A stretch of 64,000 nt of DNA. It comes from Heptranchias perlo. Lineage: Eukaryota. Below the pieces are notes generated by a model. It worked only from the letters and a program-made list of their open reading frames with translations. It ran no database searches and was not told the origin of the DNA. The stretch covers positions 51,274,001 to 51,338,000 of the forward strand of contig NC_090329.1 of NCBI RefSeq assembly GCF_035084215.1. Reading direction: 5' to 3'. Below, in pieces: positions 47,401 through 62,037 of the stretch; positions within the stretch are counted from its first letter, which is position 1, and every line of letters begins with the position of its first letter. Both the position numbers and the translations under genes were made by a program.

Positions 47401-49049
47401 GTGTCTACAAAATTTATGTTGCACATTTCCATGAAGGTAGTAAATTCAAGTCTTCAACAACCATAGCCACCACTAAAGCAGATTTGGAGCTTGTGCAGCA
47501 CAAGTCAGTTGTAGCCTCCACCTCCTTCTAGCCATACTGCAAGGGAGATATGCCACAGGACAACCCTCCATGATTAAGGTGATCAACTATCATTTGGATA
47601 CTAGGCTGCTTCAGCACCTGCCTTAGACACATCGTTGTCCCATTACCTTCCAACCTATAGGCTCTTCCTCATTACTAAGTCCTTCATCCTCACTCCTTTA
47701 GTTTTGGTCAAGCCTGCAAGAATAGTTTCTATTTTGTCACTCCTTTAAATTCCATTATTAGCATAGTCCCTACACATTCAAATCTAAAAAAATTGTAACT
47801 GGCCTTTAAAATGGGAGTGATTTGTAGAAGCTGAACCATTCAGAACTAAAAAGTTACATTTGTTAAAGGAAAAGAAGGAAAAGAATTCTTTGGTGGATGT
47901 TAAGGGAGAGGCAAGGAACTGGAGTGACAACAGGGAGCAGTGGAAGACAACATCCACTCAAGCTGGAGGCTTCAGGGAGGGAAGGTCAGCAGCATTGCAC
48001 GAAGTGGCTGATTTTTTTGGGGGTGTTATTTATACATCAAGCTTGTCCCAAAAAACCTTGTCTAGACCAGAAATCAATCATGGATTTAAGCACCGACAGG
48101 AGTGCTCAATACCTAATGGCCAGAGTCTGCAGATAACACCATAGCAGCCATTGGTTAGCATCAGCAAGGTGATGCCATTTCAGATACATGGGGAAACTAA
48201 TGAGAGGTTAACAGATTTCAAAAAATGTAATCAGTGACTCATACCAAAATAGAAACTAGTGTATCCCACAAATTTACATGACAAAACCATTAAATTAATT
48301 TATTCCAGCATCATACACTAGGATTGAAATACACTACAGAAACTCTGACCACTAATTTCAGAACAAGCAACAGAGCATCTGGTGGAGAAATGCACCTTAG
48401 TGTAACATTGACATTTCACATTAAAATTCATAATGTAGCTCAATATTACTTTTCCATTAATAAAGCATTTGATCTCATGCACCCCTACCAAGTGAAGTTA
48501 GCCATGGGCAAGTCTTGCCAGTGCTTAGTCAACTAGCTTTCCTGTAGTGACTATTAAGCCAAGCACACTCCTGTCCTCACTGTGCTGTCCACATTTAAAG
48601 ATTTGATAGTGGGGTGGGGGGAAACTCCTGGCAAGGTCAGGAAAATGGTAGACTTGCTTTCTAGCAGGATTGTTCAACACTGCTGATGCAAAGTGTCTAC
48701 TTCCTGGTTAAAATGTTACAGTACTTGAGGGCATGTCTGAAGGCTTTGGCAGTAGAGCATGTATTCCCTCAGGCAAAGCATGCTGAGATCAGCAAGACAC
48801 TTCCCTGGACAGATTAGTTCCATACAGCTCCTTATCCCAGAGCAGATTTAGAATTACTGACATACTCACTTCATTCAACTCAAAGATGTGGGTTTATGGG
48901 CTAGAGACTTGAAGACATCCATATTCCATAATGCATAATACATTAACAGATTGAGTGGTACTTAACCTCAACAGGGGGTGTCAAAACAGGCCTTTTTAAA
49001 CTCATGCAACAGAATATACGCTAAGCCAGTTCAAATTTCATTTATTTAT

Positions 49050-52000
49050 TCAGTGGTACATGTGCATTTTCACAAGAATTAGTACAAGAACTAAAAAGAT
49101 TACTGAACAGCTTCCCAGCACCCACAGCCAATAAGAGTGCATTGTTCCACCTGAAAAACAAGAACGTTGATTTGACATTTTCCTCCATGATACTTAAAGG
49201 TCACAATTGGCAGTTCTCTAGGGTCTCAGCTGGGAGAGTGTTAAGGTATACAGGGACCACCAACACTGGGCTGGAAAGAAAAACCCAGCACTCCCAACAT
49301 CTCACCAGTGGCTCCTGTGGAAAGCATGCACAGCCACTGCAATATCACATCCAAACAGGAGGAACCAGCTGTATTCACACCTGGTGATTGCTTGTCACCA
49401 GTCAATAGTGATTTGATGAAGGTACAGAAGCTGACTGGTCAGCATCAAACGTTGGGTTTGTTGAAAGACAGTGGCCTTTTCTGACTAGTCAATTTAGTTT
49501 AACAATCCTGCTGAGTAGAGTAGGACAGGGCTGGATGGTTCCTTTCCAATAAGCTGTGAGCAAGATAATCAAGCCTCCGAAAGCTTGTGATTTTCAAATA
49601 AAACTGTTGGACTATAACGTGTTGTAAGATTCCTTACATTTGTCAACCCCAGTCCATCACCGGCATCTCCCCATCAAGATAATCAAGCAAGCACTTGAAA
49701 GGATACAATAGCCATGCTCATAGAATGTTAAATGCAAGAGCACAAGTCAGAATGGTTTAGTTATCAATTATCAAAAAAAGGTACCCATTACACCAGTTTG
49801 GGCAGTGACCTGGCAAATGACGAGAATCATGAGTTAACAATATTACAGGTGCCTTTAAAAGCAGTGTTAACTCACCTTGTCCATTCTTTGCTTGTTCCAA
49901 TGTTCCAGCAAAAAGCCACACTTCTCCAAGAGATACATAATCTTGGAGACTATCCTGACCTGTAAGAATTTAAGCATTAGTCCAAGGCAGAATATTCACA
50001 TTCAAATTAATTACAAATGCACTATGTCTTACCTAGTTTTCCAGGTATGCATTGCCCATTGCAAGAATAGTTGGTAGCTTGTTGCTTATTAGCACAAATC
50101 CCAACACTGCAGTGAAAGTATACCTGCAAATATAGTTATTGTTAATAACCTGAAGTATTTAACATTAATGCTAGATCATGTTCAAATGAAGCAACTGGAT
50201 GATGTCATTTGTAAGCTAGTGGGTGAAATGGTTTGAGGCTCAAGAACTCCTTGTGACATTTAGTTTGCAACCCCTAGACTTACTTTCTTTGGCAAGACTG
50301 TTTGTTCTGCAGGAGACAGTTTCAGTGTTTTTACTTCAAATCTTTTCAGATGCTGGGAATCTTGGATACGGTTTGGTACTGGGTGGAAGACAGCCACGAA
50401 CATCTCTTCTTTATTCTCACAACTGTTTAGACAGACATGGAGTTTAGACCAAAAAAAGCTAGTAGAAGCAATAGCTAGACATGTACACTTCATTACCCAC
50501 CCAGCCTGAATAATATGCCACTCTGGTGGGCTGTTGTGATCAGGAGTTGTAGTCATCCAGCAATGATCCAACAATAAGTACATTTGAGGATCCTTGTGGT
50601 TTAGTAGCTCAACTTCAAAATAAAGGGATTCTGTCCAATTCACCACCACTGGGTATTCATCATCTTTGTAGAAATCCAAATAATCCAAACCTGCAGAGAC
50701 AGAAATGTATTAGCTTTTTGTACAGGGGATGAATAGACCAAAATGTAATGTCTGTCCAGCTTACTTTTGTAAATCCTTGAATGTAGGTTCAAAGTGTGCC
50801 TTGGCTTCTTGTGCCCTAAAATTAAAAAAAGATGCTGTAGTTGCGACATAAAATTCTTATGCCAAGACCAGTCAGATGAAGACTTAACCCATCTCTTGCC
50901 CAGTTTACAATGCCTGAATACAAGAGTGTCCATGTTCCAAGGATATCAGTTTCAGAATACAATAGCAAGCCAAGTGAGGAACTCAAGTCCCTGAACAGTT
51001 CATGCACTGAGTGGCTTTCAGGGCATTCTACAGTAGATAATTAGCAAGGTCTTCATAAGTGTACAAAGACAAATACTGTCCTTTTTTAAGCCCTCACTAA
51101 TTGAGAACAGTTATTTTATCTAAATTCATTTGGTAGACACGTGCATGCATTTTAAAAATGTGGACTATGGGCACTTACTTTCAACAAGGCTAAGTTGAAA
51201 ACATATGTTCCATATTAGTTAACAGAATTCAGACCAACAGGAGATTCAGTGCAAACTTACCCCTCACTATTTGCAATCTATTGGCTGTAGAATTGTGACC
51301 AGTGCCTTTCTGGTATCCCTTCACAAACCCAAGGGCCAACGTATTGTTTATTTGGTACCGACAAGAGACAGTTAACCTATCGGGAAAAATAAAGCAAGCT
51401 CATCACCACTCCCACAAGTCTACAGCTATCTATTTTGCACAGCTGTACCTACCGATAATCTGGGTCTCTGGTTATCACTGGGAAGTCAACAGGGATCAGC
51501 TCTCTTGGGTATGAAACTTCATTCTCATAGATCAAGTAGTTTCCTTTAATCTAAACAGCATCATGCGATTACAACCACAAAGCTATGCATGCCAGAATAC
51601 ATGTTAATTTGCAAGTAAAGGACTAGCAAAGGTTTTTTTTTTGGGGGGGGGGGTGCAGGAAGGGGGTTGTATTTGCTATACTTTAAATTGTAAGTATCAG
51701 TGAACCCAAGACTTACTGTTCTTGTGGTACCACAGCTGTCAACATGAAATTGGAAGAGGGCTTTATCGTGATCAAATTCCCTTGGCTGACATTTTCCATC
51801 CCTCAGTACCAACTTACTAGGATCTAGGTCAGGTAGTGTATCCACAACTGCAGTGACCACCATGGTTCCATTGGGAAAGCATACTACAACAAAATGCAAA
51901 GTAGTTTACTTCAATTATAGGTTAATCTTTTGATCCAGATTCTGCCTACATTGTAAAGCTTACCTGCAAGATCTACAGCAGGAAAATTGCAGGATACTGA

Positions 52001-55000
52001 GAAATGGATCTCAATCCTTAATGTATTTTTATCTTTCAGTGTCAGGTTGAGCCGAGCTACAATTCCACGAAGGCTCAGTTGCTAAGGAAAGTGAAGCTAC
52101 AGTTACTTTATACAAATGTAAAAGCTGGCAAATAAGAAAAAGGTGACATGCATCACATACCTCATAAATCACACCCATTGCAGAGAGAGGGACACCAAAC
52201 AAAATATGGGTTGTATTATCCACAATGAGGTACCCATAATCATGTGCAGATTGTGGTGTCACCAGCATTTTACCAATGAATGGAAGCCAGTAATGTACCA
52301 AGTTCCCATGAGTTACTAGTAGATACATGGTCTTTTTGTCACAGAATCCAGTGGCCTTGGGCAATACTAGAAGGGGAAAAAAAGCACTTAGTTGTCTGTA
52401 CTATTCTGTTCATACAAACAATTTGTGACTACTCACCAATATCTGCCACTTCACACATTATCTCAACATCCTGGATAAAGAGTTCATTTTCTGGAATGAT
52501 GTTGAAAGTGTAGATAACATTCAGCGTGTAGCGTCTGATGTCAGAATGTAGATGCTGGAAGAGAAATAGTGGGCACTTTGTAGCTCAGAATAAGAGAACT
52601 TGTATGTTCTATAGTAGCTGGATGCTATTCTGAAAGTCATGTTCTCCTCCCTCTGGGCACATGATAGCGTGAAGACAATTGACTCCTACCTCATGTTGAG
52701 AAATACATATGCTCCATTGCATTAGAACTATCCAGGTTATTATTTTACAAGTCCTGCTCTCCCCTTCAAAGTGATTGAAACATGATTTAGCTTCCCAAAC
52801 CCCATATTCTTCCTACCAGGAAGAAGTCTTCCTTAGACTGGAAGACCAGTAAGGTGGGAATAAATGCCATTGATTTGCATTCTGGACATTTAGTTTCCAC
52901 CATCACCCAAATTGTTTGAAAGAATGCAGAATAAACCCTGGAGCAGGAAATCCATTTAAAATCCAGTTTGGGGGGGGGGGGGGGGGGGGGGGGAAAGAGA
53001 GGGAGGAGAAAGTGTACCCAAACAGCTGTTGAATTAACACAATCTGAACCCCTTCAGGTGAAGGAAGTTGACAAATACCAGCATTAAAAAAATGCTGTTG
53101 TCCTAGAGCTGTGCAAGAAACAAAGTGACAGAAGCATTAAGAGTTCAGTTCCACACAAGTAGATTTGTAGTGAACTGGAAACATGCAAGCAGTGCAATCC
53201 TAGTTACAACACAAGACTGCTTGCAACTTGATGTTGGGCATTAGACCAATGATACCAGATTGGCTCAAGTATTTCATCAGCAGCAACACCATTGAAGTAT
53301 TGTGAATCTTATTGCCACCTCCCCAAAGTCATTGAAGGCAAAAACCCCTAAAGACTTCAGGCTAGAGTACGATTAATAGACCAGCAAAAAACCTCACTGC
53401 TCTAAGACTACAACAGCTTAGGCTATTGCTCTATCCAAGCTGGCTGTTGGACCAGTTTTGTTTCTCAAGTGCCCATGAGGTTCCTTTTGCCAAGTAGATT
53501 TAAATTAACAGCTTATGAAAGTTAGATTTTGCAATCAGCTCAGGTTAAAATATTTAACCTGGTCAATATTGTTTGTGGATAATTAGTGTAAAATCAGTTC
53601 AACCAATACTTCTGCACAGGTGTCACTTGTTTGATCTAGTTCTGATCACTTCACTCGAGCAATGACCAAATAAATTTGGGATCTTAATAACCAGCCCATT
53701 TTATTGTGAAGTCAAACTAGTGACACCATAGTTTCTACAACAGGATAGGAAAGGGATGAAGCAGTCAGTTAAAACTAGATAGATAAATTATCTAGTACAT
53801 TATAGGATACTCATTGGCTTAAAACCAAAATTTCAGCACAAAGATTACACTAGCCACTTTACCTCTTGCTTCACATTTACATTCTCAAAGGGAACTTCCA
53901 ATATGTAGGCTTTAGTGTCGTTAGGCAATATAGTTTCATAGATTTTGAATCCCATTTGGTCTGCCTGATCCACTGTGACCATCTGTGTTCCTACAGTTAG
54001 AGTTACAAGCTCGACATCAGGAAGGAAGCTTTCTAAAGTAATATTGAACACTCGCTTTACTGGAATGGTATCTGAAGAAAAAAGAAAAAAAGTTACCCAA
54101 AGTATTACTCTACTTAAAAAATGTAGTTATCTCCTATGTTACTTACTATTGGTCACAATTGGTGGCTGAAGCATGAAGGGTGTGGCAACTGGATGGATCA
54201 CTGTGTACTTTGTTAGCTTCCATTGATGTTCTACAAATAATTCTATGTAGTACAAAATGCCATATTGTCCATGAGCTATATGGCTCTGAAACACAAATTA
54301 GTATCTGGTTATTAAGTAGCCCTCACCACTACTGCAACAGTTTGAATAAGTTGTAATTCACAGGAATATTCTATTAATCCCATTGACAATACTGCTTACA
54401 AACCTTGTAATAGCCACCTTCTGCTCCAATGGGAATAGTAACAACAATGTTTGTATCATTGTATGATAATGTATAATTCATCTCAGCTATTGTATCTGGT
54501 TTCAGTACAACATTGTTGACTCCCATAACAATAGAATCATCATAGAACTGTTCTTCTGGGAAACTAAGGGAAGGGATTCTTCTTGGAATTCTCCAGGTGA
54601 TTTTATTCTCAGTGAAGGTAATGCCATCTGTCAGTATAGAGGAGATAATATCAGCATGTGTTTCTCAACTTATCAAATAGCTATTGTGGAATTAATTATA
54701 GCTGCAAACTCAATGCTAACCATCCTTCCACTGGGCCTTAAATGCACTTTAGCAATAAATCACTGTTGTGTTCAGGCCCAATATTCATCAGAAGGCATGA
54801 TTAGTCGTCAAATGACCTTCACAGCCTTAAAGTTGATTTCTTCGTAATTAATTGATTAAAATATGCATAAAATGCCAGAAACACAAAACAAGCTTTCAAA
54901 TCATATTACAGCATGACTCTTCAAACGGATCTTAAAAATACTAGGAGATTGCAGACATCAGTTAAGATACAAGTAGCATTGATCCCAATTCATGGGGGGG

Positions 55001-58000
55001 TTTTGTGGATGCCAACTTCAGGTTGGCAAGACCTCCATATTCAGTCAAATCCCAAATGAAGGTTACGCTCATGGCATACAAGGGCATCTAAACACATGCA
55101 AGAAATCAAGATTTTAAAAGTAGATTTGTGGGCAATAAGCCAGGGAGGGTTTCTTTTGGGGGTGGAACAAGGGGTGCAAATTTAGTGTTCACATACGGGT
55201 AAACACACGTGGATTTTACAATAGCTTGGTTTAGAAACAAACACCACCCAACTGACCCAAAAAGCTCACCTGTAGGACAGGCCACAGCTGTGTCAATCAA
55301 GATGATCATCCATTCTTGTTTGTAGAATGTGGTTGATCGGATGCTGGATATTGGCACGTTTTCTACCTATAGATATTATTGCAATAGGATATACATTATT
55401 AGAATGCAAAAGGTAGCACTTTAGATTGAGCCATTTCTCAGTACCCACCATTAACTGCTCAGCTTCAGTTGCATTATAGGGTGCCCTCAATAATAGCCGA
55501 GAAACTGTTGTATCAATTCTGTAATGAGCCCCCAATGTTTCATTCACAGTCATGGTTTTAGTTCCTTCAGGAAGGTGGAATACAACTTGCCAAACTGAGT
55601 TTTCAGCTTCTTGGGCCTGAAACAAAACCATATTTCAATGTTAACAAATGCAATTAGATTCTCTGAACCAAAAGCAGGACAAGCAACTTACCAATGGAAC
55701 AGCTGCCACCCAGTCTTCATTATAGTCATTTTCAATTCCTGGTATTATTCTTTGTACTGAAACCTATCCAATGCCAAGGAGAGAGAGTGCAGTTAATTTC
55801 TTCCAGCTTACTGATATGGAAACTCCATAGCGTACTTACTCATTTTACTGGTAATGACAGCTCAAGCACCAAATTATACATTTTATCACCAAGTAATGTC
55901 ACAAATAAGTTAACTCCTTCAAGAATTTAGTGTATTTCTTGGTAACATTTCCAATTACTATATATAGTTTCATCCCAAATCCATAGTCTGATTCTATAAA
56001 CACCAGCTATAGATGAACAGCCACAAGCTTTAAAAGCTTCAGATGTACCGCTTAAGTTACATTAGGAACCATCTGGTTTCCAACATATGCCAATAGCTGA
56101 AGCATCTAGGTCTTCCTCCCCCATTGAGTGAATTCTGCATTTAATGTGCAGAATTAGAAGTCAATACAATTTAAAGAAAAAAATCCTTGCCAATTAACAC
56201 TGCAACCATCAGGATCCCTGCCAACAAGCCATCTAACGGTGTTGACTCTTACAAAGAAGGGAGCAATCAAGTAGACAGAGGACCCAAATCATCCATGGAT
56301 CCTCAACTCCCAGCACAAGTGCCAGGCTACACCTGCTGGGAACCTCAACAAGTCCCTCTTTCATTCTAGGAAATCTGGCCGGAAGGTTCCTTAGGTCATA
56401 TTTTCTGGCAGTCAGCTTTACCATTATGAGCATCTCCCATGGCAGAGGGACTGGAAAACCAATGGGGTAGATAAAGTTTGTGGCCCCTTTATAAAGGGAT
56501 TCAAAAAGAGCGACAGTGGTCTAGGGGGGAGTTCGAGGCAGGCCCCACTTCTACCAACTGGTAGGCTAGTTCACTTATCTGGTGTACGAGTGGATCCCTG
56601 GCCAAGTCTGGTGAAACTGGGAGCCCTGTCACTAGCCACACCCCTTGAACAGGTGACTGCTTGGGAACAAGCAGTTTAGATCCCACACCTGCTGCATCAG
56701 GGTCCAGGCACATTTCCATACTTCCACTAGATGTATAGTAGGAATGTACTAGGAACATGGACATTAAACCAAATTGTCAATTTGTTGACATGTTCAAACA
56801 GTTTCTAAAGAAATAAAATTTCAGGTGTACAAGTGCTTTAGGTTTGTTTAGCTTAGTGGGTGCAGTTTTAGTTATATGGGGAAATCAAGATATGATAGTT
56901 AATATCCCAGGATGACACTACAGCTTACATGTGACGATGCTCAAGGAACAAAAGTATGCAAGGCCCAGAAACTACATCTAAATTACAACTACATATTTGC
57001 ATGAGAAGTGAAAAAGTGCTCACAATTAGACTAGTCTGAGTGAAGATGGCTTTTGACATTTAAAAAAGCCTGTTCACTGGAGTGCAATTTGTGAAGAGCT
57101 GAATTAAAATCAGCAAGGAGTGAATTATATTAGCCCTCATGTGCTTTCCTCTCAACTAGAATGCATACCTCCATATAGTTTTGTTCACAAAGGATTTCTC
57201 TCACTTGCCATGGGAAATATGAGCAAGTCATGGTATGGAAGTAAGTTGATGCTCTTTCCATGTGGCCAATTGCAGCAATCCAAATTTGCACAGTCAGCCT
57301 AAACAGGTCATCACCCTGGAATTAATAGCAAATCAGAGCTTTATAAAAAGCTGCAGTATAAAATTAGGCATTACAGTGCTAAATAAATCTCTTCAGGTCA
57401 GAATTTTCTTCCTCTTCGTTGTAGAGAAGATAATCCACCATGGATAGTGTTTAAACTGATCAGGAGCAATGGTTGGTTAAATCAGAACAGAATTCTGATT
57501 CCTCTAGAGACTAGCATAAACAAGTCATTGTCATTTCATGTTCAGTCAGCATTTGTTGCCCAAAGAGTCAGCTTTCACTGCCCTTTATGTCACTTCAGAA
57601 TACCTGGAGGTTTTCTTGTGCAGAAGAATGAAGCTCAGTGAGTTAAATGCATGGATGTGCAGACAGTCACAAATCCCCAAACTGGCTCAGGAGATTGGTA
57701 ATGGATTAAATATTGCCATTTATGCTGCCTACAAACATTTTAAAAGTGATAAAATCAAACATTCTGCTGGTAAACCCTTATCCTATTTTCATTTAGGAAA
57801 TAGGACAACTTACTGGGTATGCCTACAGCTCAAGTTATAACAATGCCCCATTACACCCAGTATAACCACCACCTTCACATAACATTTCAGTCTTTCCCCA
57901 GAGAAAAAAACTGTTAAGACATGGTCCCAAAACAGACAACAATCCCACATAATAAGAAAGTATCTAGACTTTGGCTTGTTGCTGTCATCTATTCAGTCCA

Positions 58001-59017
58001 ACATGTCAATGCTCCGCACAAGCCTTCTCCCACCTTAATAGAATTAAATCTCTTCAGCCATTTTAATCAGCTGCCTTGGTCAGAGGTCGAGTCAGTCTTC
58101 TACAGCAGCTAGATAGGGAGGGCTAAATGTAAAAATTTAGAGCCCCTCCCCCCGTATGTACTGTAGGTTGTATTGTTAGGGAATTGAATAGAAAACACAC
58201 AGAACAGCAAGTCGACTACTTATTATTTCCGTTCATGCAGCACTATGACTATCTGCAGGTTGAATTCCTATTTCGTTTGAAGTAGGAAGTGGCATTTGCT
58301 ACAATAACCCGTCAATCTGATCAAGTGCCCCCTTTTACAAGGAAGAGGCTAAAACAACTGCCAACAAACTTTAAAGCAAAATGTGCGCGAGTTTAAAATA
58401 CAACCACATATCGAGCAGTGCCCACCGGTCTCGAAACGCTCACTAAAATGTTATTAACACGTAGTGTACGCAGGCTCTTACCTCGTTTACTACCAGGCAT
58501 GCCAACACCGAGGCACGCAACACAACGTTACCAAACGGATCCTCGGATACAGTGTAGCCACATTCGGTTGCGAACGGGGAGGTGAGCGGATAGACTTTGC
58601 CGGTTGGATCTAGCAATCGGAAGATGTAATGAGAATGGGACAGAATAGGAAAACAGGATCTAATCTTCAAAGATTAAAGAGATTTACCGGTGACCCCGAG
58701 AGTCCACGATTTGTCCTGCAGGAAGGAGGCATCCAGCCGGATCCAGAAGAGACGTCCAGAGCAACTACTCTGTAGGAGACCTGCATAAAAAGGGAGAAGG
58801 GAAGTGGGACAGAGTCCGTCTACCAAGAGATACACGGGTTATTAAAAACAAATCTCATTCTGACCTGGAGGCGGCGAGCGTTGCGTCCACGTGTTGGTGA
58901 TAAACACCGTCAGGACTAACGTTATCCTAGAAAAGAAAAAAACACTCAACGTGGAACGTACATGAAACATCACTACTTTGGGCACTTGTAACCGGCTTAC
59001 CCCACGAGAACACCCAT
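49050..59017 (-). CDS. ZPAX-like zona pellucida glycoprotein, copy 3 (23 coding exons, apparently intact)
   Basis: Exons 59017-59001, 58926-58865, 58780-58688, 58609-58482, 57315-57169, 55763-55692, 55616-55449, 55366-55270, 54627-54404, 54285-54147, 54071-53863, 52554-52437, 52366-52161, 52081-51964, 51883-51717, 51550-51453, 51376-51261, 50815-50765, 50690-50501, 50422-50284, 50123-50033, 49959-49876, 49150-49050. No intronic CR1 insertion, so this is the most compact copy (~10 kb). Some coordinates were derived by offset. Confidence 0.88.
49571..49674 (+). mobile_element. 5'-truncated Penelope-like repeat in intron 22 of copy 3
   Basis: Same insertion and duplication as 29348-29454; retains CCTCC-GAAAGCTT-GTGA but lacks CTGACGA. 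Confidence 0.75.
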
Positions 59018-60084
59018 CCTCCAGCACAGTAAACACACTGTACTACAAACTATAGGAACTGTTACCCCGTAAGAGTCACAACTATCGCCTTTTAACCTTT
59101 TTCAACCACTTCCCTCACAATTGATGGTATTTGTCCCCCGAAAGTGAAACACTTACAAAGTTATTGCTGACCAATCCGAAGTCACAGTTAATGTCAACTA
59201 ATCACAGGGATGAGGAATTTCACGAGCGAACCCAGTGAGCAGTTGGAGAAAATCAACCAACTGAAATGATCGAGGGAAACACAAAACTCATCACCTCTCC
59301 AAACTCCTCTTCTCAGGTTCCCTTTCATTTCTGACTTTTTAATCTTAAATTCTCAAGGCGTCTTCCTGTTACACAGATGTCAGCCAACTTTTTGAACTTG
59401 GGCTTAATGACCTAATTTTGTGATGAAATATTGCACTCTGGTTTAGTTGAGATTTCGGAAGATCAATATGTGCATGGTTTAAAATCAAGTCTTTTATCAG
59501 TTTGATCACCATCAATGCCTTCTGCATCCATGTCCTGCAAATGTTCTTCCTGACGATTCCACCTCATTTCTATTAGCTTTCGTACTGACTTTTGTCGACT
59601 TTCAGAGTTTTAAAGATTCACACAATCCGCAAAGATTAGATTGTGTCGGAGTCCCTGCCCATGCCGTTTTCTGTCATTCGGCAACCACGTATATAATGCA
59701 TACACTTTAAGATCTTTAATACCTTATAAACAGAAAAAAAAGTTGTTTCACATCTTTAATTGAATAAATACTTGAAAAGGAAAAATTTGCAGGGCTATGG
59801 GGAACAAGCAGGGGTGTGAGAGTAATTGGATAACTCTTTCAAAGAGGCGGCACTGATACGATGGGCCGAACGGCCTCCTGTGCTGTATGACTCAATGAAT
59901 TCACCATCCCTTACTATTTGATGTGGACACAGTTAAACATTTGTCTTTGTCATTGCTTTCTGTGCATTTTCTCCCACTCTTATTCCTTATTGTCTTCTTT
60001 CTTAACTCATCCTCTTGAAGTTGAATTTCTGGCCGCTGCAATTACAGTTGCTGCTACAAATTTTAGGACATGGGAATAACTCTG

Positions 60085-60830
60085 TATTCCTCTCGTGTTG
60101 TTTTGGAGGAGGAAGATGAAGATCTGAGAGGCAGATTTGTTTACACTAGAGAAGGACTGCCCCAACCATTCTACAGAAGGAACATGATCACAGACCCACG
60201 TATAACTACTGGGGTGTGTCTGAGGAGATCTGTCTTCACAGCTGCACTTCACCAGGGAGGCAGTTCTTCAGTATCATCCGGCTTGACTTTCAAATAAGAT
60301 TGGTGACTCTGCCAATGGCCTAAATGTTTATGACTACATACCATTCCAAGACACCTCTGGTATATGTACCAAATCAGACTATCAGCAGTGCATTAATTCA
60401 TACAGCAGGTGACAGATGAATTATTTGCCAGAGCAAAGTCTTTCATAACTTTTCCAGTGGAAAACCAACTGCAGCAAGAGAGGGCACTATTTCTGTGTCC
60501 CTGAAAGTACAGGGCATTATTGATGGCACACATGTGGCCATCTGGGCCCTTACACTGAATTCCGTGGCCTTCCTTAACATAAAGGGATACCATTCGGCCA
60601 ATGTGCAGATCTATGACCATATTCGCAAAAGTATGTAACTGAACGGCTGTTACACTAGTAGCAGTCATAATGTCTTAATTTGAGACAATCCACCATGCTA
60701 TCATTATTTCAAAGAGAAAGCAAACTGGACAGATGGGTCCAGGGTGTCCAAGGATATCCTCTTCTGCCCTAACTCATGCCCCATTGATACAGCCACAAAC
60801 AGAAGGCGATTTGTAACATAATCACTTGAG
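60085..60830 (+). mobile_element. Harbinger transposase remnant, unit 3
   Basis: Paralogue of 21180-21925; reads ..NIKGYHSANVQI, closer to the family consensus. Confidence 0.78.
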
Positions 60831-62037
60831 CATGAGATAAAAACAGATGAGGAGGCCCATTCAGTCCATCTTATTTCACCGATCCAGAAAAACCGTACAC
60901 TCCTCCTATTGCAGCATCTATTATTTTCTTAAATGATTCCAGGGTTTATGCTCCAGTATGCTACCTGCAAGTCCATTCCATGTATTAATCACTCTTTGTG
61001 TTAAAAACTTCCTGATATTAGTCTTACATTTTCATTTTGCTAGTTTGGCCCTGTTTCCCCTGATCCTACCCTCACAATTTAAGTTGAATTAATATACTGG
61101 ATTTACCTTTCCTATTCTATTAGCTATTTTGTATCACTCTATAAGATTACTTCTCAGTCTTCTCCTTTCATGGCTGAAAAATATGAGTTTCCCAGTGTTT
61201 TTGTTGATTGCTGCTCTGGTCCTGTTGAGCATCCAAAGCAGCAACTTGTCTGTTCTCTTCACAGATGCTGCCTAACCGGCTGAGTGTTTCCAGCAGTTTG
61301 TGTTTTTGGAAGTGTTGGAAGCAGAATCCATAATAGTTTTAAAAAAGGAATTGGATAAATATTTGAAAAAGAAAAATTTAAAAGGGTGTGAGTAAAAGTG
61401 ATCAAGTATTTAGCTCTCTCAGAAAGCTTATACCGACATGATGGGATGAATGGCTAGATTCTGTGCTGTAAAATATCTATAATTCTAAGAAGTGTTTCAT
61501 ACTAGAAGCCACCTTGGTCAAGTTGATTCAAGCAAAAGTTGCACAAATCTCTTGTGCTAATGTAAAGCTCTTCCTTCCATAGTTGCTGGTGGGGTGTTCA
61601 AATTGCATCAGGGTAACAAGTGGGATGTGGAACTGTGTATTGTGTCTCTGTAGATAAGTAGGCTGGCCTACTTTTAAAGGGCTATCTAATCGGAACAGAA
61701 AATTGTGGGGGAGATGTTTTGCAAATGTACAATTGGAAAGGACTGGCATCTTTGTTGTTCCATAAATGGCCTTGCAAAGCATGAGCTCAGGTCATGACTT
61801 AATTGCGTTTGTTTTGTCTGGTAGCAGTAATAGTTTGGGTATGCAAAGCAGCCTCTGGCTTTTGGATGATAGCTTTCCAAATCTCTGTTCAGCAAGGATC
61901 AGAGGTCCCTTACTACTGACAAAAAAATGTTTTCGCAGTCCAGCACCAAATGCTCTTGTTAAGAAATGAAGACGTTTTTGCCCTTTACGCTTGTAGCAAC
62001 ATTCTCTTGTTACTTAGAATAATATCATTAAGGCAGT

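Larger units (their letters stand above)
45760..62037. repeat. Tandem segmental duplication unit 3 (interrupted by CR1 at ~62038)
   Basis: Colinear with units 1 and 2 up to the position homologous to ~23118/43251, where a CR1 3' tail begins. Confidence 0.93.
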
